A stretch of 64,000 nucleotides of DNA, from NCBI GenBank assembly GCA_951406725.2, contig OX597835.1, positions 23,684,001 to 23,748,000 on the forward strand, written 5' to 3'. Below, piece by piece: positions 14,300 to 28,024 of the stretch; positions within the stretch are counted from its first letter, which is position 1, and each line of letters opens with the position of its first letter. A program made the position numbers and the translations under genes. The notes beneath the pieces were generated by a model. That model was not told the origin of the DNA. It saw only the letters and a list, made by a program, of their open reading frames with translations, and ran no database searches. Origin of the DNA: Octopus vulgaris. Its lineage: Eukaryota.

Positions 14300-15017
14300 A
14301 ATGGCTGTAAGAAAAAAATCATTCAAATGTTTTTCTGAAATGACTGAGTGGAGGAAACCTGTGGATGATACTTGGGAGTCAGTTCGGTTGCTTGTGTATT
14401 AGATGAGAGATTGAAGTAAAACCAGTGATGAACAAGTAGATAGCTAACTGGATAGAGAGATAACGTTAATGTCCTCTGCTCTTCAGGACGAGCTCCTAAC
14501 TCCACCTCTACCTTCTTATGATCACTTGATCTGCAAGCAATAGCAACGAAATCTCCCTCAAATCATACCTTACTCTGTGAATAAAATTAATAAATAATAA
14601 AGATAGGAAAGGATACGTTGGAAAGTACTGTGAAGGGTACACAATATATAAGAACAAAAGATATGATGGTCATGACTGGAATGCCTTTGATCAAGATCTT
14701 CTCTTACAGAGCTTGCCCGGGGCTAAACATAGCAATAACAACCAGACATACACTTGTCCCTTGCATTTTTTCTGATGTGGGCTCCATATACCATACTTAC
14801 CATTTCTCTGAAAACCAATCTTTCCTCACCAGAACATCGACTCCTGGAATTTCCTCTTTCCTTTCCCATATTTCCTGCAGATGTTAAAACCCCAATGTAA
14901 ATTCTGTGGATCTCCCCAATCTCATGCATGGGCACTTCACTGTCCCCCACCCCAAATATTCAGAAAAAGAAAATGGAACAAAAAAAAAAAAATTTCCAAT
15001 CCACCCATTTCCTACTC

Positions 15018-15381
15018 TACTCTCTTTTACTCTTTTACTTGTTTCAGTCATTTGACTGCAGCCATGCTGGAGCACCGCCTTTAGTCGAGCAAATCAACCC
15101 CGGGACTTATTCTTTGTAAGCCCAGTACTTATTCTATCGGTAAACACACCAGCATCGGTTGTCAAGCAATGCTAGAGGGACAAACACAGACACACAAACA
15201 TATACACACACATACATACATATATATATACATATATACGACAGGCTTCTTTCAGTTTCCATCTACCAAATCCATTCACAAGGCTCTGGTTGGCCCGAGG
15301 CTATAGCAGAAGATGCCACGCAGTGGGACTGAACCCGGAACCATGTGGTTGGTTAGCAAGCTACTTACCACACAGCCACTT
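15018..15381 (-). mobile_element. tRNA/CORE-type SINE (family A)
   Basis: Reverse complement of the 31241-31632 consensus, with small deletions. Confidence 0.85.
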
Positions 15382-17329
15382 TTTACTTATTCTGTTTAGA
15401 TATATTTAAAATAGAACATAAGAATGTGTATCCTTCATGCTTTCCTCTGAACATATTTGTGCTGATGTAAATGACAATACAGAGAAACTAGGGTGCAGAT
15501 AGGGTCTTGTACCCTGAGTTCCTCTGTGGTCTGCTCTTCTGGGATTGTCAGCTCCCCAGACCAGAGATAATAGTGTTGCAGTGGTCATAGCAGTGAGACC
15601 AATGCGTAGTTAGGATAGAGCATAACAGCACCAGCAAGGCTGGGTGGAGTGCTCTGTTTCCATGGAACTTTTTTTGTATGGCTGTGCACCTGTGAGTAGC
15701 AGTAACATGAGTGTGGGGATGGTGGGTGAAATGAAAAATATGTGTGTGTGTGTGCATTTGTGTGGTGGAATGTATATGATTGTGCTAGTGTGTGTGTGTG
15801 TGTGTGGTTGGATTGTCAGTACATCTATGTAGAAGAGTGAGTGTTTGCATGTTACCACACAGTCCAACGGCTTTCTCTGCTCCACCGACTCTAAACAGTG
15901 AATATGAATGAACCAATTTTGTTACCTGTCAGGACTTGTACATATCATCACACAGACAGACATGTACATACAATATAAGTACACACACACACACACAATG
16001 TGTATAAAATAATAAATACTCCATTGGTCTTGGACAATTAATAATCCATTTATTCAATCAACAATCCTATCTGGTCTTTGTTTTATATTTAATGCAAGCT
16101 GCTTAAGTATTCCACTGGTACATGTACTCTTACCATAATTCCGTTACACAATGCTGGCCCTCAAATCACAGGCAGAACTCATGTTAGCCTTCCACAGATG
16201 CCATTCTAGTTGTCAACCTTCACCTGTTTCAAAGTAAAGTAAAATTTTCTCAAGGCCAGGCATATTTTCCTTGGAAATTTCGTAACAAACAGCATCACTT
16301 CTATGACAGTTATCACGTGATGTCAAGACAAGCATGCACACACGGCAGTGTTTTTTCAGTTTTTATCTACTAAATCTACTCGCAAGGCTGGAGCTATGGT
16401 AGAAGACACTTGCCTAAGGTTCTGTGCAGTGGGACTGAAACTGAGATCCCACCACTTGGTTGGGAAGCAAACCTCTCAATCACACAGCTGTGCATTTAAT
16501 ATATAAGAATATAGTTTAGGGCTGTGGTTCTCAAACTGATAAATATGTTCTCTGTCCCCTCTTAAAAGAATTAGTGAAATATTTTGACTGTCCTCCTTAT
16601 TAATAAGATGGAGGAACAGCATACCGGTCATTCTTATTTCCATTGTGTCTTCATTTCTCAGAATTGTAGCTACAAAGTGAAACTATTTCAGTTTTATTAA
16701 AAATGGCTGGAGAGGCTGTGGCTGTATGATTAAGATGCTTGCTTTCCAACCATGTGGCCTTGGGTTCAATCCCACTTTGCAGCACTTTGAGCATATGTCT
16801 TTTACTTTAGGTAGGGGCTGACTGACCTCTTGTGAAAGAAACCCGTTATGTGTGTGTGTATGTGTTAGACATGTATATGCATGTGTAGGTATATATATAT
16901 ATATATATATATAGATAATAAATGGTGGGGTTGTGTTGATATGGAGAAATATATATATATAAGGTAAATTTTAATGAAAATGGGTGTATGGAAAATTAAA
17001 AAATTTTTTAAAAAATTGTTTGAATTAATATATATATATTTTAAAAATTTTCCATACATCCATTTTCATTAAAATTTCCTTCAATTTAGCATTCTGCCTT
17101 TTATAATTTTCCTTCTTATATATATATATATATATATATAACAAATGAGAGAAGCACAAGATTTCATGAGATTCTTTATTAATCACAATGATCATTTTGA
17201 CTCATACATTGGTCCCTCGCAGGTGAGGTACTATACAGCTGATTGTGATGCATCCTTCAGTGAAGATGTGTGTCATCAGGTGACTTTTCAAAAGGTACCT
17301 CATTCTGTGTATATATGTATGTATGTATG

Positions 17330-17394
<65 letters not shown>

Positions 17395-17715
17395 GTATCT
17401 ATGTGTGTGTGTGTATGTATATATATATGTATGTGTGTTTGTGTATACCTTTGTCTTAACATCATGAGATGATTGTATATGAGCACCACTGTCATATGAA
17501 CAATGCTGGTCATTTTCAGTCTTCCATAAAATGATGTCTGGTTGGCCATGGGGAAAAATATTATCTTACCTTGAACAATTAAGTGTTGGTGACAAGAAAG
17601 GTATATGACCATAGAAAAAAAATCTGCCTCAACACATTACATCTGACCCATGCCAGCCGGGAAAAGTGTGCATTAAACATTGATGATGGCCAATATGTGT
17701 GATCCCTTTTAAATC

Positions 17716-17946
17716 TCTTTCTTTATTACCCACAGGGGGCTAAACATAGAGGGGACAAACAAGGACAGACAAACGGATTAAGTCGATTACATCGACCCCA
17801 GTGATTAACTGGTACTTAATTTATCGACCCCGAAAGGATGAAAGGCAAAGTCGACCTCGGCGGAATTTGAACTCAGAACGTAATGGCAGATGAAATACGG
17901 CTACGCATTTTGCCCGGCATGCTAACGGTTCTGCCAGCTCGCCGCC
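17716..17946 (-). mobile_element. SINE family B, full length
   Basis: Reverse complement of ggcggcgagctggcagaa...gagttcaaattcc...gtaaagaaa. Near-identical flanking repeat tgatcc(c/t)ttttaaatc. Confidence 0.9.
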
Positions 17947-18301
17947 TGATCCTTTTTAAATCCTCAGAGTCAAGCCCCTGTGAGAAACATTGACTTAGCA
18001 TTGATAATCAGTAGTCTTTCGTCAGGTATTTTTTTTAGTCAAGATGGGTCGTATAACCTTGGGAAGATGGGGTAAGGAATCACCTATAGTGCCTGGCTTA
18101 TTTGCAATTGAACCAGCTGTCATTTGCCCAAGGCTAAATATGAATATTCATTCACTAACTGTGTGCTATGAAATGCCTCACCAAGCTCCAGGACTGAATT
18201 GAATGGAGAGCTTTTGTGTGTGTGTTGTGGGAATTCCGTTTTCCTTTTCAGCTGCTTGCTCACAAAGAAGGGTCTCTTTTTTTTTGTTTGTTAATGGTTT
18301 G

Positions 18302-18334
<33 letters not shown>

Positions 18335-18639
18335 ATGTGTTTGTGTGTGTGTGTGTTTACTTCTTCCCACGAGAATTTCTCAAGACTTATCATAATTAGA
18401 TACAGCAGGAAGGAAAATAACAACAAACTACGAGAAATAAAGAAAAAAACAACAAAAACCAAAACTGATAAAAGATAAAAAAATAAAAAAACATACAAAC
18501 TATCTAGATTTAATAAAAAAAAACACACACCTTAACTAAAGAAATAAGCGTAAAATATGACGATGATGATGATGATGAGGAGGAGGAGGATGCGGTTGAT
18601 TTGTGTCTTTCCTTTATCTTTCTGAGTTAAGATGATTGA

Positions 18640-18672
18640 TATATATATGTGTGTGTATGTATATGTATATAA

Positions 18673-18706
<34 letters not shown>

Positions 18707-19060
18707 ATATATAAATGTGTGTGTGTGTATGTATATGTATATAAATGTATGTGTGTGTGTATGTATATGTATATAAATGTATGTGTGTGTATGTATATGT
18801 ATATAAATGTATGTGTGTGTGTATGTATATGTATATAAATGTGTGTTTGTGTGTGTATGTATGTATATGTATATAAATGTATGTGTGTGTGTACGTATAT
18901 AAATGTATGCGTGTGTGTATGTATATGTATATAAATGTGTGTGTGTGTGTGTATGTACATAAATGTATGTGTGTGTGTGTGTGTATATGTATATAAATGT
19001 ATGTATGTGTGTGTGTATGTATATAATTATAAATGTGTGTGTGTGTATATATATGCAAGC
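18640..19060. repeat. Compound microsatellite/minisatellite (TG/TA with periodic ATAAAT)
   Basis: Units of ~30 bp such as gtatatgtatataaatgtatgtgtgtgt. Confidence 0.9.
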
Positions 19061-19247
19061 GTGTATATATGAGTACATATGACTGTTTAGGTATCTCTAT
19101 ATGTATATGTGTGTACACAGATCTGTCTATATCTATACACAAACACATTTGCACATATATATACACACACACACATGTGTACATGTGTATGAGTACATGT
19201 GTGTGACTGTGTTTATGTATCCATCCATCCATCTCTCTCGCTCTTCC

Positions 19248-19281
<34 letters not shown>

Positions 19282-19920
19282 AGTACATAACGCACCCACT
19301 CATTTCAGTGTTTATTTTTGTCCATAGCAACAAGAATTCAGTGAGTTGATTAACTAGTTAAAACAACTATCTCCTCAGTTCAGTCCTCTTAAAATAGTAA
19401 TTTTTCACTTGTCCATTCTCTCACTCTCTACTCTTTCTCTTTCAACCCACTCTTTCACAATTCCTCCTCCTCTTCCTCCTCCTCCATCTCATCTCACATT
19501 TTCTTGTTCTGCCCCACCCTTTTTTCACCGTCCCTCTCTCTTTCTCTCCCCCTCTTATTCCTCTTTTTTCATTCTTTCTATCCCTGTCTCCCTCCGCTTC
19601 TCTCTTTCTCCTACCTTCTCTTCATTTCTGTAACTCTTCTCTCTGCTTGTCTCTATTTCTTCCCCCCCCTTCTCACTTTCACTACCTGTGCAACCCCCAC
19701 CATTCACTTGATTTTACACAAGCTCTTAAAAGGGACATTATCATCAACAGCTATAGCTGTATGGTTAAGAAGCTTACTTCTCAACCATCTGGTCTTGGGT
19801 TCAGTTCCACTGCATGGCACTTTGGGCAAGTGTCTTCTACTATGACCCTGGGCCATCCAAAGCCTTGTGAATGAATTTGGTGCATGGAAACTAAAAGAAA
19901 CTCATATATATATATATAAA

Positions 19921-20141
19921 GGCGGCGAGCTGGCAGAGACGTTAGCACGCCGGGCGAAATGCGTAGCCGTATTTCGTCTGCCGCTACGTTGTGAGTTCAA
20001 ATTCCACCGAGGTCGACTTTACCTTTCATCCTTTCGGGGTCGATTAAATAAGTACCATTTACGCACTGGGGTCGATATAATCGACTTAATCCGTTTGTTT
20101 GTCCTCTCTGTGTTTAGCCCCTTGTGGGTAGTAAAGAAATA
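19921..20141 (+). mobile_element. SINE family B, full length
   Basis: ggcggcgagctggcagag...gagttcaaattcc...gtgggtagtaaagaaata, inside (TA)n. Confidence 0.9.
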
Positions 20142-20824
20142 TATATACATATATGTATGTATAGCCCCACTATGTGGCACCTTGGGCAAGTATCTTCTAC
20201 TACAGCCTCGGGCCGATTAAAGCCTTGTGAGTGAATTTGGTAGGAATAAATTGAAAGAAGCTTCTGTGTGTGTGTGCACGCTTTTCTGTCTTTGTCTAGA
20301 CATTATGTGATGTTTGTAAATGAGCATCATCATCATCATCATCATCATCATCATACAAGTGGTGTCTTTCGTTTCCAGTCTTTCATGGAGACCTGTTTGG
20401 TCAGAGGGAAATATTACCTTACATGGAAACAGGTGAGGGTTGGAAACAGGAAAGGCTTCCAGCTGTAGGAAAGCTGCCTCAACAAATTCCATATAACACA
20501 TACAAGCATCAAAAAGTGGATGATAAATGATCATGGTGGTGTTGATTGATGTTATTATTGTTATTAGTATTATTATTATTATTGTTATTGTTATTATTAT
20601 TATTATTAAGGTGGTGAGCTGGCAGAATGGTTAGCATGGCAGGCGAAATGCTTAGTGGTGTTTCACCTGTCGCTACATTCTGTGTTCAAATTCTGCCGAG
20701 GCTGACTTTGCCTTTCATCCTTTTGTGGTCGATAAATTAAGTACCAGTGAAGTAACACTGGAACCAATGCAATCGACTTGTCCCCTTTACCCAAATTTAA
20801 GGCTTTGTGCATGTAGTAGAAATG

Positions 20825-20869
<45 letters not shown>

Positions 20870-20998
20870 TTTACTTCTCAAAGCTCTCAATCTTACTTGC
20901 TGTCCACTTCTGTGAGAGTGGATAGCAACCTGTTGTCAAAGGTCTCACAGGCTCTTTCAAGGTCTCTTTCCACAAATTATAAGACTTGGTACCTATTA

Positions 20999-21055
<57 letters not shown>

Positions 21056-22307
21056 GGGTGGCAAGCTGGCAGAATCGTTAGCACACAGGACGCAATACTT
21101 AGTGGTATTTTCTCTGTTGCTATGTTCTGGGTTCGAGTTGCGCCAAGGTCACCTTTGCATTTTATCCTTTCAGGGTTCATAAAATAAGTACCAGTTGAAC
21201 ACAGGGGTCGATGTAATCAACTAGTCCCCTCCCTCCAAATTTCAGGCTTTGTGCCTTTAGTAGAAAGGGTTATTCTCTAAAGTTTGTCTTTATGCCTGTA
21301 TTAGAAATAAGGATCTCTCAGAGATATAACGATTTCTGATCTGCTGGAAATAAGCCAAATCTCCCTCAAATCACATCTTGCCATCTTAAATTAAAAAAAA
21401 AAAAAGGATACAAAATAATACTTCATCATTTGATCCTTTGAAGAGGAGAGGTTGGTTAAAAAAAGGCCAAGCTTGCTATCTTCTGTTTGGTTTCCGTTCC
21501 CATCTTCACCTATGGTCATGGATGTTGGGTAATGACCATACCTACCAGCACAGCCATCACTACCACTGCCATTGCTACCATCCACACCACCCCCATCACT
21601 ATCATCATCACTTTCACCACCAACATCATTGATACCATTGTCACCACCATAACCAGTAGCAGCAGCAGCCGTTCAAGAATTTGGACCTGGAGATCTCCAT
21701 TTCCAGCGACTTCGAGGGCCACCGCCCAGTGGTGTCGGGCGTCAACGAAGAGCTCTCGACTACAAGACGACCAAAATTTTTTTTTTTTTCCCCCACAAGG
21801 TCTGGGGTCTCCTGCCCCTAAGCCCTAGACCATCACCTAATCACCCTTACCCAGCTTGTTGCTTAACAACAACAACAACAATCATCATGATCATTATACC
21901 AACATCACCACCACCACCACCTTCAGTATCGTCACTACCAACACCATTATCAGCACCATTGTCATTGCCAGAACTGTCAGCAGCAGTGTCATCATTGTCA
22001 TGATCATTATCACGCCACCATAACCACTGCCATTTTCTAGACTGTAGTGGTTGGTTGATGCTAAGATTTTAATCCTGCTATCAAATGTTTTCTGTATTTT
22101 TTTCTTCTTTTTTTGTTAATTACCCAACATGTCACTTGCTACACCAGTATGAAATAATCATGACTAATCTGGCCGTATTTGAAAAACCCTGTTCTGTTCA
22201 CTTTGGTAAGCGGTGCTAACTAGTGAAACATTATTACTCATACAGTTTGTCATTTTGACCTGTTGTAACAAATACTGGCTTCTCTCTTTGGCTAGTGTTA
22301 ATAATAG

Positions 22308-22355
<48 letters not shown>

Positions 22356-22358
<3 letters not shown>

Positions 22359-22489
22359 GTTGTCCCAAAAGTTCGTAAACACTTGCGAAAATTGAATTTT
22401 TATTTGCCAAGTACTAACAAAAACAACAAAAATTATTCCTCAAAATAAAGACCATTATTTTCCAAGACTTTCTACGAACTTTTGGGACA

Positions 22490-22494
<5 letters not shown>
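22356..22494. mobile_element. 139-bp mariner deletion-derivative MITE
   Basis: TIRs aggttgtcccaaaagttcgta / tacgaacttttgggacaacct, in (TA)n. Retains the transposase C-terminus KVLENNGLYFEE* on the minus strand. Confidence 0.9.
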
Positions 22495-22525
<31 letters not shown>

Positions 22526-24570
22526 CCCCATAACATCGGTTGATGTAAATTTACTTGCGCCGTGTACTCACTTTTAATGAGATGATGAAAATATACACAT
22601 CCCTATCTGATGCTGTTTTGTACCCGTTTATACACTGGTTGATATAAATATCTGCTGTCATTCACAGAATCGATAGCAGAGGCCACTGTGCAAATTTCAA
22701 GGAATCTGATAGATTTGTTAGACTCTTTATCATCATCATCATCGTTTAACATCCGCCTTTCATGCTAGCATGGGTTGGACGAATTGATTGAGGTCTGGTG
22801 AACCAGATGGCTGCACCAGGCTCCAATCTTGATCTGGCAGAGTTTCTACAGCTGGATGCTCTTCATGTAAATATTTCCAACTCAGTTCAAGACTTCATCA
22901 CCATAATAGTATAAAAACGGCAGTTTTGGTAGTTACACCACCATTTTCACGATGGCTTCCTATCGAATTCATACATATTCAGCAAATTCTTGTGGTCCTT
23001 CAAGGAATTTACAGTCACATCCAGCCACACCAGTTTCATTGAATTTACAGTCCTCACAGTGATGACAGTTTACATAAATCAACAGTGGATGCTTTGAAGC
23101 AGTTGACATAAATATATGCTGAACCATTGTCAAGCACTAATTGCTGATCTCGGCCAAGATGATTGCCATCAGTGCAACCTAGTTGTCCGATAAAAAATTG
23201 TTGTCTTAGGGTTAATATCATTTTAATGTCCACTTTCCCATGCTTGCATGGAATTGGTTGGAATTTATTGAGGCAGATTTTTTTCTATGGCTGGATGCCC
23301 TTCCTGTCATCAATTTATTGACCCCGAAAGAATGAAAGGCAAAGTCAACCTTGGCAGATTTGAACTCAGAACATAGCAGCGGATGAAATACCACTAAGCA
23401 TTTTGCCCAGCCTGCTAACGATTCTTCCATCTCACTGCCTTAATAATAATAATAATAATAATTATTATTATTATACAATAATCCTTTCTATTATAGGCAC
23501 AAGGTGTGAAGTTTTGGGAGAGGGGACTAGTCGATTACATTGACCCCAGTGATCAACTGGTACTTAAGTTATTGACCCCGAAAGGATGAAAGACAAAGTC
23601 GACATCAGCAGAATTTGAACTCAGAACATAAAGATGAAATGCATTTTATCCGGTGTGCTAACAGTTCTGCCAGTTCACCATCTTCATAATGATAAGAGTA
23701 ATCCTTTCTATTGAAGGCAGAAGGCCTAAAATTTGGGGGAACGGGACTAGTCGATTACATCGACCCCAGTGTTTTACTGGTACTCAATTTATTGACCCTG
23801 TAAAGATGAAAAGCAAAGTCAATCTTGGTGGAATTTGAACTCAGAACATAGTGACAGACGAAATACCACTCAGCATTTTGTCTAGCGTGCTAACGATTCT
23901 GCCAACTTGCCTCCTTAATGATGACAATAATAACAATTTGTCATTATACAAATACCACATAATTGGATTACCTCCCAAGTTGCAAGACCAACAACCACCA
24001 CCACCACAATCATCACCAATACCACCATTGCAATAACAACAACTACCAGACATCAATTAAATGAAATATCAACATGTAATTAATAGACGTTTTACAATAC
24101 GTACAATAATAACCTGATTGGATTTAGCAAATATATGAACACATGTCTGTACACATTGATAAAGCTATTAGTCCTGGAGAATACTACTGTTCATGGCTAT
24201 GAGGACACCCATCCACAGGGTAGAGGTAAAACAAAAAAACAGCAAACCCTGTTTAAATGCACCCAAGGATGATGGTGGTGTTGAAGTGAGGGCTCATTAT
24301 TCATCTCAGTCATTTAACATCTGTTTTTCCATGCGGGTATGGGATGGGCAGTTTGACAGGAATCGGTGAACTGCAGGGCTGTGCACTACGGCACTGATCC
24401 TTTAGCATTTTAGTTAGTCACGTCTGGCCCAAATATTCTGTTTTATGTTCAAACCGGGTGGATCCAGCCTTTCACACTTACCTTACAATGACATTCTGTA
24501 ATTGAACAGTCACATCTTTGAAATCTTGAAGCTCCAAGATAATGCAGGATTAATTCAAAACAACACGGAC

Positions 24571-24931
24571 GAGCATTCAGAGAACGCCAACCTCCGCCAA
24601 GGCAACACCAATGTCCTCTCAGCAATAAGCCAGAAATGATTTTTAAAATGAGAATGTCTGAAATAAATTGAACTGCTCTCACAAACGAGAATACTAAAAA
24701 TGAACCTCTCAAAAATGAAGTAAAACAAACAGAAAAAATAATCCAGAATCCTTGTTCATTACTGGATTGATAATAAAATCTAATCAGTTTGTGCCACTCA
24801 CGAGGCCAATCATCCCTGAAAGTTTCATCTGAATCCATCTAGCGGTTCTTGAGATATCTTGTCCACAGACACACGAACAAACAAACACGACTGAAAACAA
24901 TACCTACGTCTTCGCTAAGGCAGAAGTAATA
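24571..24931 (-). mobile_element. Helentron-type HINE, same family as 7336-7700, inserted in a degraded piggyBac-like MITE (24398-24955)
   Basis: Reverse-complement homology to 7336-7700 (cctccgccaagg sub-TIR). Flanks match the 53646-53866 MITE. Confidence 0.7.
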
Positions 24932-25319
24932 AACAAGCATCGCATTTCACAGAATTGTTAGCACACCGGATAAAACATTGGGCAGTATTTCTTCTGGCTT
25001 CACATTCTGAGTTCAAATTCTGCTGAGGTTAACTTTGTCTTTCTTCCTTTTAGGGTCAATAAAATAAAGTACCACTCAAGAACTGGAGGCCGATGCAATC
25101 AAATAGCCCCTACATCTCCCGCCAAAATTTCAATTCTTGTCTCTAGAGTAGAAAGAATTATTTATAGTTTGTTTGTTTTGAGATTCATTGTTCCAAAAAT
25201 GAATTAAGTAGAAGAAAAAGAAAATGAAAAAAAATCATAATTTCTCTTTTTTACTTTTTAGATTATTTCCGTTATTTATTTGTTTTTTTGGTTTTTCTCT
25301 CTCTTCAGGATAAGCAAAA

Positions 25320-25535
25320 ATGGGAAGAGGCGGAGAGAACTCCGACACAACCTCACCTAATCCCAACACTGACTCATCACAAAGATACTATTCATGGGAG
25401 GAAATCAAGAAACACAATCAGAAAGAGGACCGCTGGCTAGTTATAGACAGACAGGTTTACAATATAACAAATTGGTCTCAGCGCCATCCTGGAGGGAGTA
25501 AAGTGATTGGACATTATGCAGGACAAGATGCTACA
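25320..25535 (+). CDS. Fads: Fatty acyl (front-end) desaturase, first coding exon (72 codons; cytochrome b5-like domain)
   Basis: Translates as MGRGG...[49 protein letters not shown]. It has the HPGG haem motif and is nearly collinear with the vertebrate FADS1/2 N-terminus. Polypyrimidine tract plus CAG acceptor ends at 25308 (exon starts 25309). Donor GTGAGT at 25536, phase 0. Confidence 0.96.
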
Positions 25536-26244
25536 GTGAGTACTTGACATGCTTTTGCCTTATTCTGTCTTTTTTTGTTTATTGGTTGTTGTAATGAAGG
25601 TACATAGTGGAGGCATATGACCTAGTGGTTAAGGGTGTTGGATTCATGGTCATAAGGTTGTGATTTCAATTCATGGACTGGGCGACGTATTATATTCTTG
25701 AGCAAAACACATCATCTCATGTGGCTCCAGCCCATTCAGCTGGAAAAAGTGACTAATCATGTGATGGACCAGCATTCTGTTTAGGGGGTAAATACATGTA
25801 CATCATGGAAACTATGAATTTGGCCCTTACGGATCCATAGGGATTGAACAAGATGCTTTATGAAGGTACATCACCGAGTGTTTAGGGGGTTGCACTCATG
25901 ATCTTACGATCATGGTTTTGATTCCTGGACTGGGCAGTATATTGTGTTCTTGAGCAAAACGCTTCTTATGTTGCTCTGTGACCACTTTGACATCTGACAT
26001 GTGGCACTCCGTGCACCTGTTCAGGTAGTGTCGATTGGATGGAGGGGGTGAAGTTATGTGCAGCACAAATATTTGACTGCCATAAACAAATATTACCTGT
26101 GCAGGTTGTTCAGCAAGAAGCTAGGAAACACTCATCAGTCTTTTATGACAGGAAAATCCACTGTTTGTGTGTGTGTGTGTGTGTGTGTGAAGGCGCATGG
26201 TATATTGTGTTCTTGAGCAAAACATGTCATTTCGCATTTTTCTT

Positions 26245-26626
26245 TACTTCCCAACCACATGGTTCCAGGTTCATCCCCACTGTGTGGCATCTTGGGCAAG
26301 TATCTTCTACTGTAGCCTCAGGCAGATCAAAGCCTTATGAGTGGATTTAGTTGACAGAAACTGAAGGAAGCCCGTTGTGTGTGTATATATATATATATGT
26401 GTGTGTGTGTGTCTGTTTGTCCTCCCCCCTCCACCATTGCTTGCCAACCGGTGTTGGTGTGTTTATATCTCCCGTAACTTAGTGGTTCAGCAAAAGCGAC
26501 CAATAGAATAAGTACTAGGCTTACAAAGAATGTCCTGGGACTGATTTCTTTGACTAAAACCCTTTAAGGTGGTGCTCCAGCATGGCTGCAATTAAATGAC
26601 TGAAACAAGTAAAAGAATGAAAGAAT
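26245..26626 (+). mobile_element. SINE family A (5' degraded)
   Basis: ggttcatccccactgtgtggcatcttgggcaag...gactgaaacaagtaaaagaat. Confidence 0.8.
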
Positions 26627-27074
26627 AGGATTACATTATTAAATTTCTTCTTCCTTGTTAATGTTGTTTAGCCCCAGGTTGGCCCACATCCAATGGACCT
26701 TTAGTTAAAGGTGTTTCCAACTGTGACCATCCTGTCTTTTTTATTGTAGGCATAGTTTCATCTTGGACTACATTGTCCTTTGTATCCTTGTATTAACATG
26801 GTAGGGATTGATTTGGGAGAGATTTGCTGCTATGTTTAGCAGGTTGAGTGACATTGTAGAGGCTTTCTCATTGTCTTGTATATACATCTAGTGTATACAT
26901 AACATAGAATGTATAAGGTATATAGAATATGTATATGTGTATGTGGGTGTGTATACATGTATGTGTCTATATGTATGTGTATATATATGTATATTTATGC
27001 ATGTATGCTTATATGTATGTATGTGTATGTATGGCTATATATATATGTTTATGTATCTACATATGTATATATAT

Positions 27075-27106
<32 letters not shown>

Positions 27107-27783
27107 TTATATATATGTGTCTATATGTTTGTGTATAATATATAAAGACTCCTTTTGGTCATGAATAACCATGGGATTGCATCTAGAAAGTTCCTCTCCA
27201 AGGCACAAGTCCGGGCAAGTTTGTTGATGAAAAGACCAGCAGTTGCTCATGCATACAAATCTATCATCTCCATGCTGCTGATGTTATCCAAAGGAAAGGC
27301 ATCTATCTATCTATATATATATATATGAAATTGCGAGGATGATCCGGTTCTTGACTGAAGATTAGAGGCTTCGAATGACCTGTCCGTTTTTTGTGTCGTC
27401 TATTTGAATGTTTTGCGTTCTTGTCCCATTTTGTATTTTTATATATATAATTTTTATACATATATATATATATATATAATATTAACATATGTATATATAC
27501 ATCTAATCCAATTAAGAAAACAAAGAGTTTTGCATATATTTAATGACCAGTTACAATTGTTTCATTACCACCCTGTTCTTACCCCTGTAATTAATTAGCT
27601 GACTATTACAAAGCATTTATTCTTTTCACACTAACATTCCTAATTTAATTTTAATCACGTTTTCACATTATTCTATCCTAATTTAGCTTTATACTAATTG
27701 TATTTTAATTTTCTTTCTATTCTTAACTCCCTCTTCATTTTGTTTCCAACATTATTAATATTTCAAATATATATTTTTAAAGA

Positions 27784-28024
27784 AGGTGGTGAGCTGGCAG
27801 AAACGTTAGCGTGCCGGGCGAAATACTTAGTGATATTTCGTCTGCTGCTATGTTCTGAGTTCAAATTCCACCGAGGTCAACTTAGCCTTTCATCCTTTTG
27901 AGGTCAATTAAATAAGTACCAGTTATGCACTGGGGTTGATGTAATCGACTTAATCCCTTTGTCTGTCCTTGTTTGTCCCTTCTGTGTTTACTATGTTTAG
28001 CCCCTTGTGGGCAATAAAGAAATA
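27784..28024 (+). mobile_element. SINE family B
   Basis: Matches the family B consensus; followed by a partial tandem copy to ~28200. Confidence 0.85.

Noticed and set aside
27325-27440. Hammerhead at CTGAAGA (27351)
   Set aside because: No stem II/GAAA geometry follows. Probably the truncated 3' part of a similar (TA)n-embedded element.
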